Translations under genes and position numbers: made by a program
Source of the DNA: Octopus bimaculoides
Lineage: Eukaryota
Length of the DNA stretch: 53,268 nt
Assembly: GCF_001194135.2 (NCBI RefSeq)
Contig: NC_069003.1
Location: forward strand, 30,206,686-30,259,953
Direction: 5' to 3'
The notes under the pieces: generated by a model
What the model saw: only the letters and a program-made list of their open reading frames with translations
What the model was told of the DNA's origin: nothing
Databases searched by the model: none
Shown: piece after piece, positions 22,350 through 35,490 of the stretch
Numbering within the stretch: position 1 is the stretch's first letter
Layout of the letters: each line of letters starts with the position of its first letter

Positions 22350-22910
22350 CTTAGCGGTTAAGGTATTTGGCTCATGATCATAAGGTGATGAGTTCAATTC
22401 CCAGTGATGCCCTTGAGCAATACACTTTATTTCATGTTGCTCCAGTCCATTCAGCTGGTAAAAATGAGTAGTACTTGTATTTCAAAGGGCCAGCCTTGTC
22501 ACATTGTGTCACTCTGAATCTCCCTGTAAACAACATTAAGGGTTCGCATGTCTGTCGAATATTCAACCACTTGCACATTAATTTCACAAATTGGCTATTC
22601 CAGTCATCAAGTTAATTAGAACACTCGACAACGACAGATGAACTAATAATAAGTTACTCTGAATCTCCCTGAGAACTAAGGATATGTGTGTCTGTGGAGT
22701 ACTCAACCATGTTAATTTCACGAACAGGTTCCACCATTGATCAGATCAATTTGCACATTCATGAACGACAGCAAACCAAATCTCTCTTTGAGAACTAAGT
22801 ATACATGTGTTTTTGGAATGCTCAGCCACATGCACGTTAATTTCACGAGCCGGCTGTTTTGATGATTGCATTAACTGAAACACTCTTCGTCGTAACTGAC
22901 GAAGTACCAT
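22350..22910 (+). mobile_element. S4 head and CORE-like middle followed by three diverged alpha tails
   Basis: ttagcggttaagg..gagttcaattccc..cttgagcaatacactttatttcatgttgctccagtccattcagctg, then aaagggccagccttgtcac; tail blocks restart at about 22657 and 22780. Confidence 0.7.
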
Positions 22911-23253
22911 TTAGCTTGTGGTGTTACTGTACTAACAATATAAATTGTTTTTTAGATGATGGTATTGGTGATAGTGGTGGTGGTGGTGTTACTGGTGTTT
23001 AAGGTAGTGGATGGGGATGAAGCGATAATTATATTTTCCAAGTTGTTTATATCTCTCCTAGAGGAAATAAAATGAATTATAAAAAAAAAAATAATAATAA
23101 TAATAATAACCAAAAAAAAAAAAAATAGAAACCAAATAATATCCGACCCAAATTTTCTGTCTGCCAGAGATATTAAAATCTAAGTATCTATTAGATATTT
23201 ATAATCAGTGGATTAAGGATAGGTGGGTATATATTCATGCACACACTTACAAG

Positions 23254-23289
<36 letters not shown>

Positions 23290-24520
23290 AATCGGTATGA
23301 TCTCCAGTCCACAGCAGATGAAAGGTGCGTCTTGCAGTGCAAGCTGTATATGAAATAATAAAAATGTTTGTGTTTGTGTGTATGTCTGTATGTATATATG
23401 TATGTGTGTATATATCTATGTATATATAATATGCTATTGGACCTCTAATTTGGCTTCCAGAAATCTAAGTATATTGTGCAATATCTATCATGTAATATGC
23501 TGTACTCTGTATTGAGTTAATGGTCTACATCTTTGAAGTGGATTAATTTGCATAATGGTGTATTAAAAATTGTTTTGTTCTGTATTCTTTATCATCCACA
23601 TAAAAAAGGTAAACATGTTCTGCTTTAGAATTGTGTTAATTTGTACCTGTATCTTTAAAATAAAATCAAGCTCTGCTTTTCTGCCTTGAATTTTCATCCT
23701 ATAAATATTATACTGTACAGTATGATATACTTTTAGGATTTTAAATGGATTAATATATATCAAACAGGCCCTGTTTTAGAATTGTATTAATGTGAACACC
23801 CTTAAATACAATTTAGTTCTTCATTTTTCATAGGTCATTTTATATTTTAAGTATATACTTCTACTGTGTCTAGAAAAAAAAAAAAGAAAAGAAAATCGAG
23901 AAACTAGGGCCATTTCTGGCCCCAAGCTTTTAAGATATTTGGTCTGGTATTANNNNNNNNNNNNNNNNNNNNNNNNNNNNNNNNNNNNNNNNNNNNNNNN
24001 NNNNNNNNNNCTTTTCTTTTTTTTTTGTGGTACTCATGTTAGTGAGATCACAGAGTAATTAACAAAATGAAAAAGAAAAAGCCCCCCCCCCTCAACTGAG
24101 TGGAGGAATATTTGAGCGAAGGAATTGTGACTTAATGTCACATAATGAAATGCTAAAATGTAATAGAGTAACAAGTACAGGGGTAATTCATGGCTACCCT
24201 GCATTATATAAAAGTAAAAGAGAGTAACTGGAAAGAAGATAAAAATGGTAGTGGTGATGTACCAGAGCAAATTCTCAAAATACAAGGTGGTGTGAATAGG
24301 AGAGATTACAGAAAATAATCAAGGAGAAAAGAGAAGATGGGTAATTTCAGCTTAACTATCCTACTATATTGAGTACCTCAATTACTTTATTTACCCTTTT
24401 CTCTGCCTAAAATATTCATACCCTACCTACCCCATCATTGCTGCCTGTGCTTTTCCCACAGGGAATGTAATTGAGGCTCCCTTCCATCTTAACTCTTGCA
24501 CACAGCACATGTCTACCTAC

Positions 24521-24778
24521 CTCTGCTCTAGCATTTCAATCTCGGATCCTGCTTTTCATTGTGCTGACATTGGTTGTGGTGGACCTGAAGTTGTAGACTT
24601 GGAAAGAAAGAAAGAGAAGGAGTTGAGTTGGGTGACTGATGTGATTGCCTGCAAAGAATATTTGTATGAACACTTGTCAGCTGGCAGAGGACTCTTGTAA
24701 ATGTCTAGTTAATTCAATCAAGCAATTACTCAATGAATTACAATTTCCTCGATCCCGCACACCATCTAGGGCAAGCGT
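24521..24778 (-). other. Candidate exon (5' UTR-like, possibly ending in ATG CTA GAG CAG AG)
   Basis: Acceptor cttctcttttctctgcag|ACGC, second acceptor tttctttctttccaag|TCT at 24597, donor GAG|gtaggt at 24520; stops in all three frames before the last ATG. Confidence 0.25.
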
Positions 24779-24931
24779 CTGCAGAGAAAAGAGAAGCGGG
24801 AGGCAAGGAGGAAGTAGGAGGGTTCTGGCTAGCCAGAAGTGAAGAGAGGGGACATGACAGGAATTCATATCTTTATATGTAATCATTACACACACATACA
24901 AGCATGTGCACACACACCCATTTGCACATAC

Positions 24932-24967
<36 letters not shown>

Positions 24968-26011
24968 TTCGCATGCATGCGGCACAGGGAATACACCAAA
25001 ACATCATATTTATACTTAAGAGAAAGGATGGGNNNNNNNNNNTACTTCGCATGCATGCGGCACAGGGAATACACCAAAACATCATATTTATACTTAAGAG
25101 AAAGGATGGGGGGGGATTGTTAAGGAGTTGCTAGAGAATTAAATCCTGTACATCTCAATAAAGATGGTGGTGGAGGGAGGTAGATGGGTGGAGAGGGGTA
25201 TGAAAGCCATGGGCCCACGTGTTGTTTACTTAACGAGAAATTTCTGTAGAATAAACTTGATATTATTACTCGGACTTCATAAAATAATTTCGGTAATTAT
25301 TTCCTTTTTTTTTTACTTCTGGAGCCCTAGGATTTGTACGGGCCAGTTACTTGATTTCTATGGTGTATAAGGGTCCGACATCACAATATTGCTCTGAAAG
25401 GGACACTGGTCCGATGCAGGGTTTAAAATGTTTTAAGAGGAAGCATGTGGATGGAGGTGGGGGGGACAAGTTGATGGCACCAATCCTTGTATTTGATTGG
25501 TGCTTTATTAACCCTTATTCATCCCTTTGTTGTGCACATGATGCCCCAGTCTGTGGAGCAAAAAACGGCTGGGTCAACTTAAGTCGGCTTGAATCTATAA
25601 TACAAAAAGCACTTGCCTGTGGGATTGAACTCAAAACCATGTGGCATGAGTTAACTCCTTGACCGGATTTGGACCCAAAATATAAACACCGAGAAGAAAT
25701 GTCATTAAGCATTTTGTCTGACATATTAAGGATTTTGCTAGCTCTTCTATAATTCATTAATAATGTGGTTGGGAAGCAAATTTCTTAACCACGCAGCCAT
25801 GCCTAATACCTGACTCTGAAAATGAGAAAAGTCCTGGAGTCAACTAAAGTCCTGCAAGGTGGTGCTCCAGCTTGGTTGCAGTCCAATGACTAAAGTAAAA
25901 GAAAAGAAATAAAATAAAATAAAAGAATAATACTAGAAAACAAACAAAAAAAATTCTACTGAAGAAAAGATTGTCATTCACAAAAGACACCCAAAAGACA
26001 CCGTCAACAAT

Positions 26012-26398
26012 TGTTGTTGTTGGCACTCCGTCGCTTACGATGTCGAGGGTTCCAGTTGATCCGATCAACGGAACAGCCTGCATGTCAAATTAACATGCAA
26101 GTGGCTGAGCACTCCACAGACACGTGTGCCCTTAACGTAGTTCTCAGGGATATTCAGCGTGACACAGTATGACAAGGCTGACCCTTTGAATTACAGGCAC
26201 AACAGAAACAGGAAGTAAGAGTGAGAGAAAGTTGTGGTGGAAGAGTACAGCAGGGTTCGCCACCATCCCCTGCCGGAGCCTCGTGGAGCTTTTAGGTGTT
26301 TTCGCTCAATAAATGCTCACAACGCCCGGTCTGGGAGTCGAAACCACGATCCTATGACCGCAAGTCCACTGCCCTAACCACTGGGCCATTGCGCCTCC
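26012..26398 (-). mobile_element. S3 SINE (alpha tail), full length, 14-bp TSD
   Basis: TSD acaccgtcaacaat at 25998-26011 and 26399-26412. Confidence 0.93.
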
Positions 26399-27035
26399 AC
26401 ACCGTCAACAATAACGATGACGAAAAAGCCAAGTACAACAACAACAACATTAAGCAGTACAGTACAACAATGTGCTTGCCGCCGACTTCTATTCTGTTAA
26501 TTGATTCCAAAAACTGCCAAATGTTTTTGGCGAAACGCTTGTGGCAGAAATGGCGATTGCTTTCTTTTGGTGGGGAGAAAAAAGAAAGGCATTTTTCGGC
26601 ACCTCTGTTTTAGCTGGCAACAGCAGGTTGGAGATAAGAGACGGCGCAGCTGTTTAGAATATGCCAGTGTTGTTCTTTACCATCCATTGCCCATTATTAT
26701 GATGATGACGACGATGACGATGACGATGAAGGATGAAGGCGATACCTACTCTCAAAAGCATAGCTGACTTTTGTAGCCAGTCCGTTTGGCTTTGAATAAT
26801 AAGAAATGAAAGAGAAATAGGAATAAATAAAAGTGAGAGAGAGAGAGAGGGGCTTCCAGGTACACAAGTGATGAACAAACAGATGTCAAAGACACTTATT
26901 CAACCAATTATGATATTTATATTGCTTTGACCTGAATATCTGTGTCTGTCTGTTTGACTGACTGTGCACGTGTACGTACATAGGCACGTATGCAGAGGCA
27001 CTTGCGTGTGTTTATATATCTATTGTGTGTGTGTG

Positions 27036-27086
<51 letters not shown>

Positions 27087-28089
27087 NNNNNNNNNNNNNN
27101 NNNNNNNNNNNNNNNNNNNNNNNNNNNNNNNNNNNNNNNNNNNNNNNNNNNNNNNNNNNNNNNNNNNNNNNNNNNNNNNNNNNNNNNNNNNNNNNNNNNN
27201 NNNNNNNNNNNNNNNNNNNNNNNNNNNNNNNNNNNNNNNNNNNNNNNNNNNNNNNNNNNNNNNNNNNNNNNNNNNNNNNNNNNNNNNNNNNNNNNNNNNN
27301 NNNNNNNNNNNNNNNNNNNNNNNNNNNNNNNNNNNNNNNNNNNNNNNNNNNNNNNNNNNNNNNNNNNNNNNNNNNNNNNNNNNNNNNNNNNNNNNNNNNN
27401 NNNNNNNNNNNNNNNNNNNNNNNNNNNNNNNNNTATATATATATATATATATATATTTAATCTGTATGTATGTGTAAGAACATATACCAAGGGCAGCTCC
27501 TGATACTAAAACCAGAATATGCAATTAAAAAAAATCAGACCCTTATAATTGAAGTATAGTACATTTAGCATGTCTGTTCTCTACCCCCCCCCCTTTTTTC
27601 CCAGCTGTTTCTCATAAAATGAAAGATTTGTATTAAAATATGCTTTTTTTTTACTTGCATTCATGTCTACATCTTAGGCATGCCCTGCATGTTTTGCATT
27701 CATAAGGGGAAACACCACTGGTATATGCACATGTATATCTATGTCTGTATATTTGTGTTTGTGTGTGTATTGATGTGTACGTATGTACATATGTATTTAA
27801 GTATGTATATGCATGAATTTGAGTGTATGTATGTATGTATGTATGTATGTATGTATAGGTGTGGTTGTGTGATTAAGAAATTTGCTTTTGGACCACTTGG
27901 TCTTGAGTTCAATCCCACGGGCAGGTGTTTTTCATATTTTAGATTCAAGCTGACCTCAGTTGACCCAGCCCTTTTTCACTCCACAGCCTGAGGCATCATA
28001 TGCATGACAAAACACAAAGTGCATAACGTATAATCTAATTATTACATGTATTATGCAAATGTCTGTTACATAATTTATTTCTACTATTA

Positions 28090-28485
28090 GGTGCAGGAGT
28101 AGCTGTGTGGTAAGTAGTTTGCTTACCAACCACATGGTTCCAGGTTCAGTCCTACTGCATGGCACCTTGGGCAAGTGTCTTCTACTATAACCTCAGGCCG
28201 GCCAAAGCCTTGTTAGTGGATTTGGTAGATGGAAACTGAAAGAAGCCCATCGTATATATGTATGTGTGTGTATACATTTGTGTGTCTGTGTTTGTACCCC
28301 CCAACATCGCTTGATAACCGATGGTGGTGTGTTTACATCCCTGTAACTTAGTGGTTCAGCAAAATTGATCGATAGAACAAATACTAGGCTTACAAAGAAT
28401 AAGTCCCAGGGTTAATTTGCTTGACTAAACGCGGTGCTCCAGCATGGCCACAGCCAAATGACTGAAACAAGTAAAAGAATAAAAG

Positions 28486-28487
<2 letters not shown>
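28090..28487 (+). mobile_element. S1 SINE, full length
   Basis: gtgcaggagtagctgtgtggtaagtagtttgcttaccaaccacatggttccaggttcagtcc ... gactgaaacaagtaaaaga. Confidence 0.9.
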
Positions 28488-28537
<50 letters not shown>

Positions 28538-29045
28538 NNNNNNNNNNNNNNNNNNNNNNNNNNNNNNNNNNNNNNNNNNNNNNNNNNNNNNNNNNNNNNN
28601 NNNNNNNNNNNNNNNNNNNNNNNNNNNNNNNNNNNNNNNNNNNNNNNNNNNNNNNNNNNNNNNNNNNNNNNNNNNNNNNNNNNNNNNNNNNNNNNNNNNN
28701 NNNNNNNNNNNNNNNNNNNNNNNNNNNNNNNNNNNNNNNNNNNNNNNNNNNNNNNNNNNNNNNNNNNNNNNNNNNNNNNNNNNNNNNNNNNNNNNNNNNN
28801 NNNNNNNNNNNNNNNNNNNNNNNNNNNNNNNNNNNNNNNNNNNNNNNNNNNNNNNNNNNNNNNNNNNNNNNNNNNNNNNNNNNNNNNNNNNNNNNNNNNN
28901 GTCTTTATTCAACAATAATTTTAAACTAGAACCTGATCATGTTTTTTTTACTGACTTTTTCCTTGTTTGGGTGTATTTGATATAAACATAGACTTGTTTT
29001 ATCTTTAGCAGTTTGTGTTTATATTCTGCATTATTATTGAAGGGT

Positions 29046-29437
29046 GGAGGTGCAATGGCCCAGTGGTTAGGGCAGCGGACTCTCGGTCATAGGATTGCGG
29101 TTTCGATTCCCAGACCGGGCGTTGTGAGTATTCATTGAGCAAAAACACCTAAAGCTCCACGAGGCTCCGGCAGGGGATGGTGGCGAACCCTGCTGTACTC
29201 TTCCACCACAACTTTCTCTCACTCTTACTTCCTGTTTCTGTTGTGCCTGTAATTCAAAGGGGTCAGCCTTGTTACACTCTGTGTCACGCTGAATATCCCC
29301 CCTGAGAACTACGTTAAGGGTACACGTGTCTGTGGAGTGCTCAGCCACTTGCACGTTAATTTCACGAGCAGGCTGTTCCGTTGATCGGATCAACTGGAAC
29401 CCTCGACGTCGTAAGCGACGGAGTGCCAACAACAACA
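29046..29437 (+). mobile_element. S3 SINE (alpha tail), full length, 13-bp TSD
   Basis: TSD attattgaagggt at 29033-29045 and 29438-29450. Confidence 0.93.
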
Positions 29438-29561
29438 ATTATTGAAGGGTTTTTATGTTTTGTATTTCAGTTTTTATTTATCATATATTGTGGCTGTGTA
29501 AGTAAGAAGCTTGCTTCCCAACCACACAGTTCCAGGTTCAGTCCCGCTGCGCAGCACCTAG

Positions 29562-29983
29562 CTATCAGATCATTGAAATCGCAAAGCTATGAGATAATAC
29601 AAGATTAATTCAAATCGATGTGAACAGATAAGCATTACATTTGACAATAATCTGAATCATGCATTATCTCACAGCTTTGTGTTTTCTTTTCCTTTTTTAA
29701 CCTTTTCACCTTTGGACTGGCCATATCTGGCCAAAAGATTCCACCTGGTCTGTGTTCAAATTAGCAAGATCTGGCCTTTCGTACCTACCCAACAATGTCA
29801 TTCTAAAAATAAAACAATCTCCCCCACCCCCTCCCTCCCTATCAAAATCTTAAAGCTGTGAGATAATGCATGATCCAGCTCTTTAGCATCCAGATTATTG
29901 TCAAATGTAATGCTTATCTGTTCACATCGATTTGAATTAATCTTGTATTATCTCGTAGCTTTGCGATTTCAATGACCTGATAG
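29562..29983. repeat. Long foldback built from MITE-B sequence
   Basis: Arms 29562-29657 and 29888-29983 (96 bp, 3 mismatches) plus a perfect 23-bp inner pair, 29656-29678 and 29852-29874. Confidence 0.92.
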
Positions 29984-30108
29984 TCTATGTATAGACTGAC
30001 TTTGTAAGATACATGGGGAAGGCCAGATCTGGCCAGTTTGAACATAAAACAGGTGGAAAATTTGGGGGCTGGATAGGATAGGATAGGGCTGGATTAAATG
30101 CTGAAGGG
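29879..30108. mobile_element. piggyBac-type MITE, family B
   Basis: ctctttagcatccagattatt ... aatgctgaaggg|ataa; an intact terminus, reverse complement of TTAA|CCCTTTAGCATTCAGATTATT, is at about 38000-38024. Confidence 0.65.
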
Positions 30109-31062
30109 ATAATCCAAAGCGATTTAGATAAATAACAGACTAATCTGAATGTTTAAAGGATTAAGACAATGGTAATAGTGAACTGTGATTCAAAAAAGAC
30201 ATTTGGCTGTTATTTCTAAACAAGTTAAGCAACCACATAGTCTCCTTCCCTTCTTCCTCTCCTCCTCCTCCTCTCTTTTATTGCTTTATTCTTGCACTTG
30301 TAAATTCTACCAATAGTTGGATATTTTAATAATTTATTGCTCCATTTGTTACTAGTTTTCGGTGCAATTTGCTGCTTTCAAATAAAGTTGGTACTAAATA
30401 CAATTTTTTTTTTTTTTTTTAGTTTATTCTTTCACTCTTTCAGCAGCAACAACAAAAGCAATGCCTCCTTTTTCCTTTCTTTTTTTTTCTATAGTATTCT
30501 TTTCTTATTTTTTAGGGTTTTTTTTTAAAACTTTTTTTTTTTTTTTTTTTTTTNNNNNNNNNNNNNNNNNNNNNNNNNNNNNNNNNNNNNNNNNNNNNNN
30601 NNNNNNNNNNNNNNNNNNNNNNNNNNNNNNNNNNNNNNNNNNNNNNNNNNNNNNNNNNNNNNNNNNNNNNNNNNNNNNNNNNNNNNNNNNNNNNNNNNNN
30701 NNNNNNNNNNNNNNNNNNNNNNNNNNNNNNNNNNNNNNNNNNNNNNNNNNNNAATATGTATGTTTTCGATTTTTATGCCATCTCAAGTCCTTATTGCTTG
30801 CTGTTTTTTTTTTTTGTGTTTTCTTTTCTTTTTGTTTGTTTGTTTCATTGCAGCCATCTGGCTTTTTAATACCCCCCTACATTTCTCCTTTTGACGATGT
30901 TTACATGGTTAATGGAGGTGACCTCGTTAGTTGTTCTTGTCGTCGTCGTCGTCGTCAACAACGACGATGATGATGATGATGGGAGTGTTGTATCAGCCCT
31001 TTTAATCAGTTTGCAGACACTGGAAGCTCGATACAAAGCTTTTTAATCAACGTAACCACCAC

Positions 31063-31102
<40 letters not shown>

Positions 31103-31453
31103 GCCACAGCTGCCGCCATCATCTTCATAAATCACCATTCCCATCAATCAACGTCTTTGTAATGCTGCCATTCTGGAGCAACTTTTTGCTGCACATGCAA
31201 ATATCTTTTGGCTGCGTCTGAAGAAACGGTATTCAACAGATTGATATGAAACCACCCCCAAACACACTCCAGTCTCTGGTGGCCGACACAGATGTACCGT
31301 CACCCTTCTTGGACTTTTCTATTGGTACCACAGTAGGCTCTATTCTCTGGACCTGGCTGGTTTTGTGACCCCTTCACATGAGCCTTGCCAAATTATTCGT
31401 TTACCATCCTGACAACATTAGCATTTCTTTCTATTGTTTCACTTACATATATT

Positions 31454-31656
31454 CATGAGATGGTGCTGGAAAGTTCCTGGTTTTGGGTAAAAGAAAATAG
31501 AGGAGGATCAGTTAATTATGATTTTCTAAGATTCACACACTTATTGCTGCGGCCCTTCAGTTCTTCTAAGCCCTGTAAAAGGACTTGGAAGGCTGGGCCT
31601 CCAACCAGCCCTTTCACGATACCCTTAAAGCCACGAACTTTTCAACACCTCCCTGT
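31454..31656. mobile_element. mariner/Tc1-like MITE, about 200 bp
   Basis: Termini gagatggtgctggaaagttcctgg and ccacgaacttttcaacacctccc; same family as 48547-48733 and 13765-13927. Confidence 0.75.
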
Positions 31657-31713
31657 GTGCGTGTGTATGTGTGTATGTATATATATATATATATATATAT
31701 ATANNNNNNNNNN

Positions 31714-31744
<31 letters not shown>

Positions 31745-31824
31745 GTGTGTGTATATATGTATACACGTATGTATATATATGTATGTATATACATACATGT
31801 GTGTATGTATATATATATATATAT

Positions 31825-32150
31825 ATACATGTATGTGTGTGTATACATATATGTATATACATGTATGTGTGTGTATACATATATGTATATACATGTATGT
31901 GTGTGTATACATATATGTATATACATGTATGTGTGTGTATACATATATGTATATACATGTATGTGTGTGTATACATATATGTATATACATGTATGTGTGT
32001 GTATACATATATGTATATACATGTATGTGTGTGTATACATATATGTGTGTATACATGTATGTGTGTGTATACATATATGTATATACATGTATGTGTGTGT
32101 ATACATATATGTATATACATGTATGTGTGTGTATATATATGTATATACAT
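31825..32150. repeat. 32-bp purine/pyrimidine-alternating minisatellite
   Basis: Unit atgtatgtgtgtgtatacatatatgtatatac repeated about 10 times. Confidence 0.92.
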
Positions 32151-33894
32151 GTATGTGTGTGTGTGTATATATATACATGCATATAATGTATGTGTTGTGT
32201 ATATGTATATAATGTATATATGTATGCATATACTTATGCCTAAGCTTAACGACATTTTGAATTATGTTTTCAACTGTAGGCCATTTATTTTAAGAAATAA
32301 ATGGAAAAAATAAACTCCAACTTCAGTCGTTTTATTTGACTTCACGTCATTCTTAGAAAACATTTAAAAGCATAAAAAATGGAAAAAAAAAAAAAAAAAT
32401 TAAAACAGCTTAAAAAGAAATACTGAAGTGGAAAAATCAAATAAAACACATGGGAAAATATGTACAAAATATTTATTAAACATTAATTAGATATGATATA
32501 GGCTAATAAAATTTTTAAATGTTTTTGCATATTAAGTCGTTTCCTGAGTTATGTCATATGTCTTGGAACCAATTGCTGGCATAAGCTGTGTGTGTGTGTG
32601 TGTGTGTGTATACAGGGATGCGGTGAAGACAATGGCAGATGACTTGAAGATTATTGCAGCCAAGTAGAAGATCTGTACCATCAGACAAAGGTTGGGCGTC
32701 AACTAGAAAGTGAGTTGCTACTGCAGAGCAGCCTTGTCATCAACCATACTCGTTGCACTCTTGTACTCCGCTTGGTACTTGGCCGTGGAGGCCCAGAGGC
32801 GGTCTGGTGGGGCTTGATGCCAACTACCTTACTTTTACCATCCAAGGCTTTTCATTCAAAGAAGTGGGAAGCCTTGTAGCAATGGAATAAATGTGATGGT
32901 AGCTGGTGTAAGCAGCTGGGAGCTCTGCACACAGGCAGCTCATTCTGTCTCTTCTGAATGAACAGAACGGTCAACATCGTCTTATGATGGACGGCTGTCA
33001 TCACTGATACATATAATAAATGCACAAATGGAAAATAGAAACAGGTCACCAAAGCCTCATCAGTTATTGGCCAGAGGGTCAAACTCAAATTTTGTGCCTT
33101 CAACGATAATATTGATTTCCTTCTGGTGGTGCCGGCAGCAAGAAGCCCCTGGCAAATGGCAAGCCAATGACCAAGGGACCAAATATGACAGAAAGTGAAC
33201 AAACAAACAAGAAATGAATAAATATACAATACAGATAGTGAACATACAAACATGAATAAATGTGATTCAAGACAAGACCATTTGTAGACAGACAAGGGAC
33301 AAAGATGAAAACAAACCTATATACACACACATACACACATAGGTGCAGATATGTTTTGTGATCAAGAGGTTTGCTTAGCATGCATATGGTTTTAGGTTCA
33401 ATCCCATTGTGTGCTACCTCAGGCATGTGTCTTCTACTATAGCACCAAACCAACTGACTGGAACAAATAAAAGAATAAATATACATATATATATATATAT
33501 ACACACACACACTCACTCACTCACTCACTCACTCACTCACTCACAATGAATTNNNNNNNNNNNNNNNNNNNNNNNNNNNNNNNNNNNNNNNNNNNNNNNN
33601 NNNNNNNNNNNNNNNNNNNNNNNNNNNNNNNNNNNNNNNNNNNNNNNNNNNNNNNNNNNNNNNNNNNNNNNNNNNNNNNNNNNNNNNNNNNNNNNNNNNN
33701 NNNNNNNNNNNNNNNNNNNNNNNNNNNNNNNNNNNNNNNNNNNNNNNNNNNNNNNNNNNNNNNNNNNNTCTTACCACACAGTCACACTGGCAACTAACAT
33801 TTATATATATATATAATGTCCTGTCCTATTAACAAGACACTATTTAAATATTGATTGTAATGTAAAATGCTGTCTCATTTGAGCGTTTGCATAC

Positions 33895-33935
<41 letters not shown>

Positions 33936-34392
33936 GAATGAATTAATTTATTTTGTAAATTTCTAAGGTTTTGTGCACTTTTAAACATGGTAAATCAGTT
34001 TAACAGGCCGTCAACGAGATACTTAATTATTTAATTCTTGATCAAATTGTTTCGAATTATTAGTGTAAATATCCATATATACACCGCAACCATACAGCAG
34101 ATTAATTAATTCTGTCGGTGCATGTGTAAATATTGAGTTTAGCCCCGAAGAAATTCTCATGCCTTGAAATTCATACATGTGTGTATATTTTCACACACAC
34201 ACACACATGCTCTACTTTGCTCTTCGAGGCTCTCATTGAGCATGTGTTAAATTAGTTGGTGTTTTATTTAAAGACTTCACCTAGCGTTTTTATGTATTTA
34301 CTCTTTACTTGTTTCAGTCGTTTGACTGCGGCCATAGGTAGATTAACAATTACGGATTAAATATTTTTATTTTTACCTCTTTTTCTGTCCAT

Positions 34393-34435
<43 letters not shown>

Positions 34436-34924
34436 CGCACATATAGACAAAGTACTTACGCCTGTCGTATACATATAGACCGAAACAGTCATAATTGTAT
34501 TGGTCACTCTGCAAGGATACAAATCAATCAATTAACGAGCAACACTAATGCCATCTCATCAAAAGGATGGCTATCAGGTGCCATGGAAACGGTGATGGGT
34601 GCAGGATCAGTCATGTGGATCCGAGCCATCTCAGCCCAGTGATGCTGATACGTTTACAGTTTTTGGCTAAAAATCGATGGATGTTATAATACAGTGTTTG
34701 AAACGAAATATACTGTTAATGCATTTGTAATTAATTAGTCTGTCTCTGCCACATCTATCTTCATCACCAATCTACCTGTCTGTCTGATTACTATAGGTGG
34801 TTTTAAGTAATTAAAAACAGCAGACTTTTATGTTAAGTAAAGAACTCAATACCTGATGCCTTCTAACTTTGTTTCTTTCATTGGACTGTGGCTATGCTGG
34901 GGCAACCACCCAAAGGGTTTAGAC

Positions 34925-34972
34925 CAGTGGTTCTCAACTGGGGTCCATGTGGCCCTTAGGGGTCCACATAAG
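34925..34972. mobile_element. hAT MITE left end (CAGTGGTTCTCAAC) interrupting an S1 3' end
   Basis: gtttagac|cagtggttctcaactggggtccat. Confidence 0.6.
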
Positions 34973-35024
34973 ATTTTGTTGTTATAATCCATGTGCGATG
35001 AAGTGGCTATATTTCTGCAAGGGG

Positions 35025-35490
35025 CAGGCATGGCTGTGCGGTAAGAAGCTGTCTTCCGAACCACATGGTTCTGGGTTCATGTGCATGTGTGTGTGTGTGT
35101 CTCATTGTGTCTTTGTTTGCCCCCCCCCTCCCGCTTCCCAATCGCTGCTTGACAACCAGTGTCGGTGTGTTTATATCCCCGTAACTAAGCAGTTGGGCAA
35201 ACGAGGTCAATAGAATAAGTATTAGTCTTTGAGAGGAAATAAGTTCTGGGCGTGGGGGGGGGGCAGTTTGTTTGACTAAAACCCTTCAAGGCAGTGCTCC
35301 AGCATGGCCGTGGTCAAAATGACTGAAACAAGTAAAAGAATAAAGGAATAATACATAAGCGCAGGAGTGGCTGTGTGGTAAGAAGCTTGCTTCGCAACCT
35401 CATGGTTCTGGGTTCAGTCCCACTGCGTGGCACTTTGGGCAAGACCAAAACCTTGAGTGGATTTGGTAGTCGGAAACTGAAAAAAGCTGG
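35025..35490 (+). mobile_element. Two consecutive S1 SINEs (35025-35345 and 35356-35490), both internally deleted
   Basis: Heads ggcatggctgtgcggtaagaagc and gcgcaggagtggctgtgtggtaagaagc. Confidence 0.8.

Noticed and set aside
24965-25110. Exact 68-bp direct repeat
   Set aside because: The copies flank a 10-N placeholder gap, so this is almost certainly unmerged contig overlap.
31144-31217. Minus-strand candidate terminal exon DAAKRYLHVQQKVAPEWQHYKDVD*
   Set aside because: Short pyrimidine tract, no linked upstream exon, and not recognisable as a known peptide.
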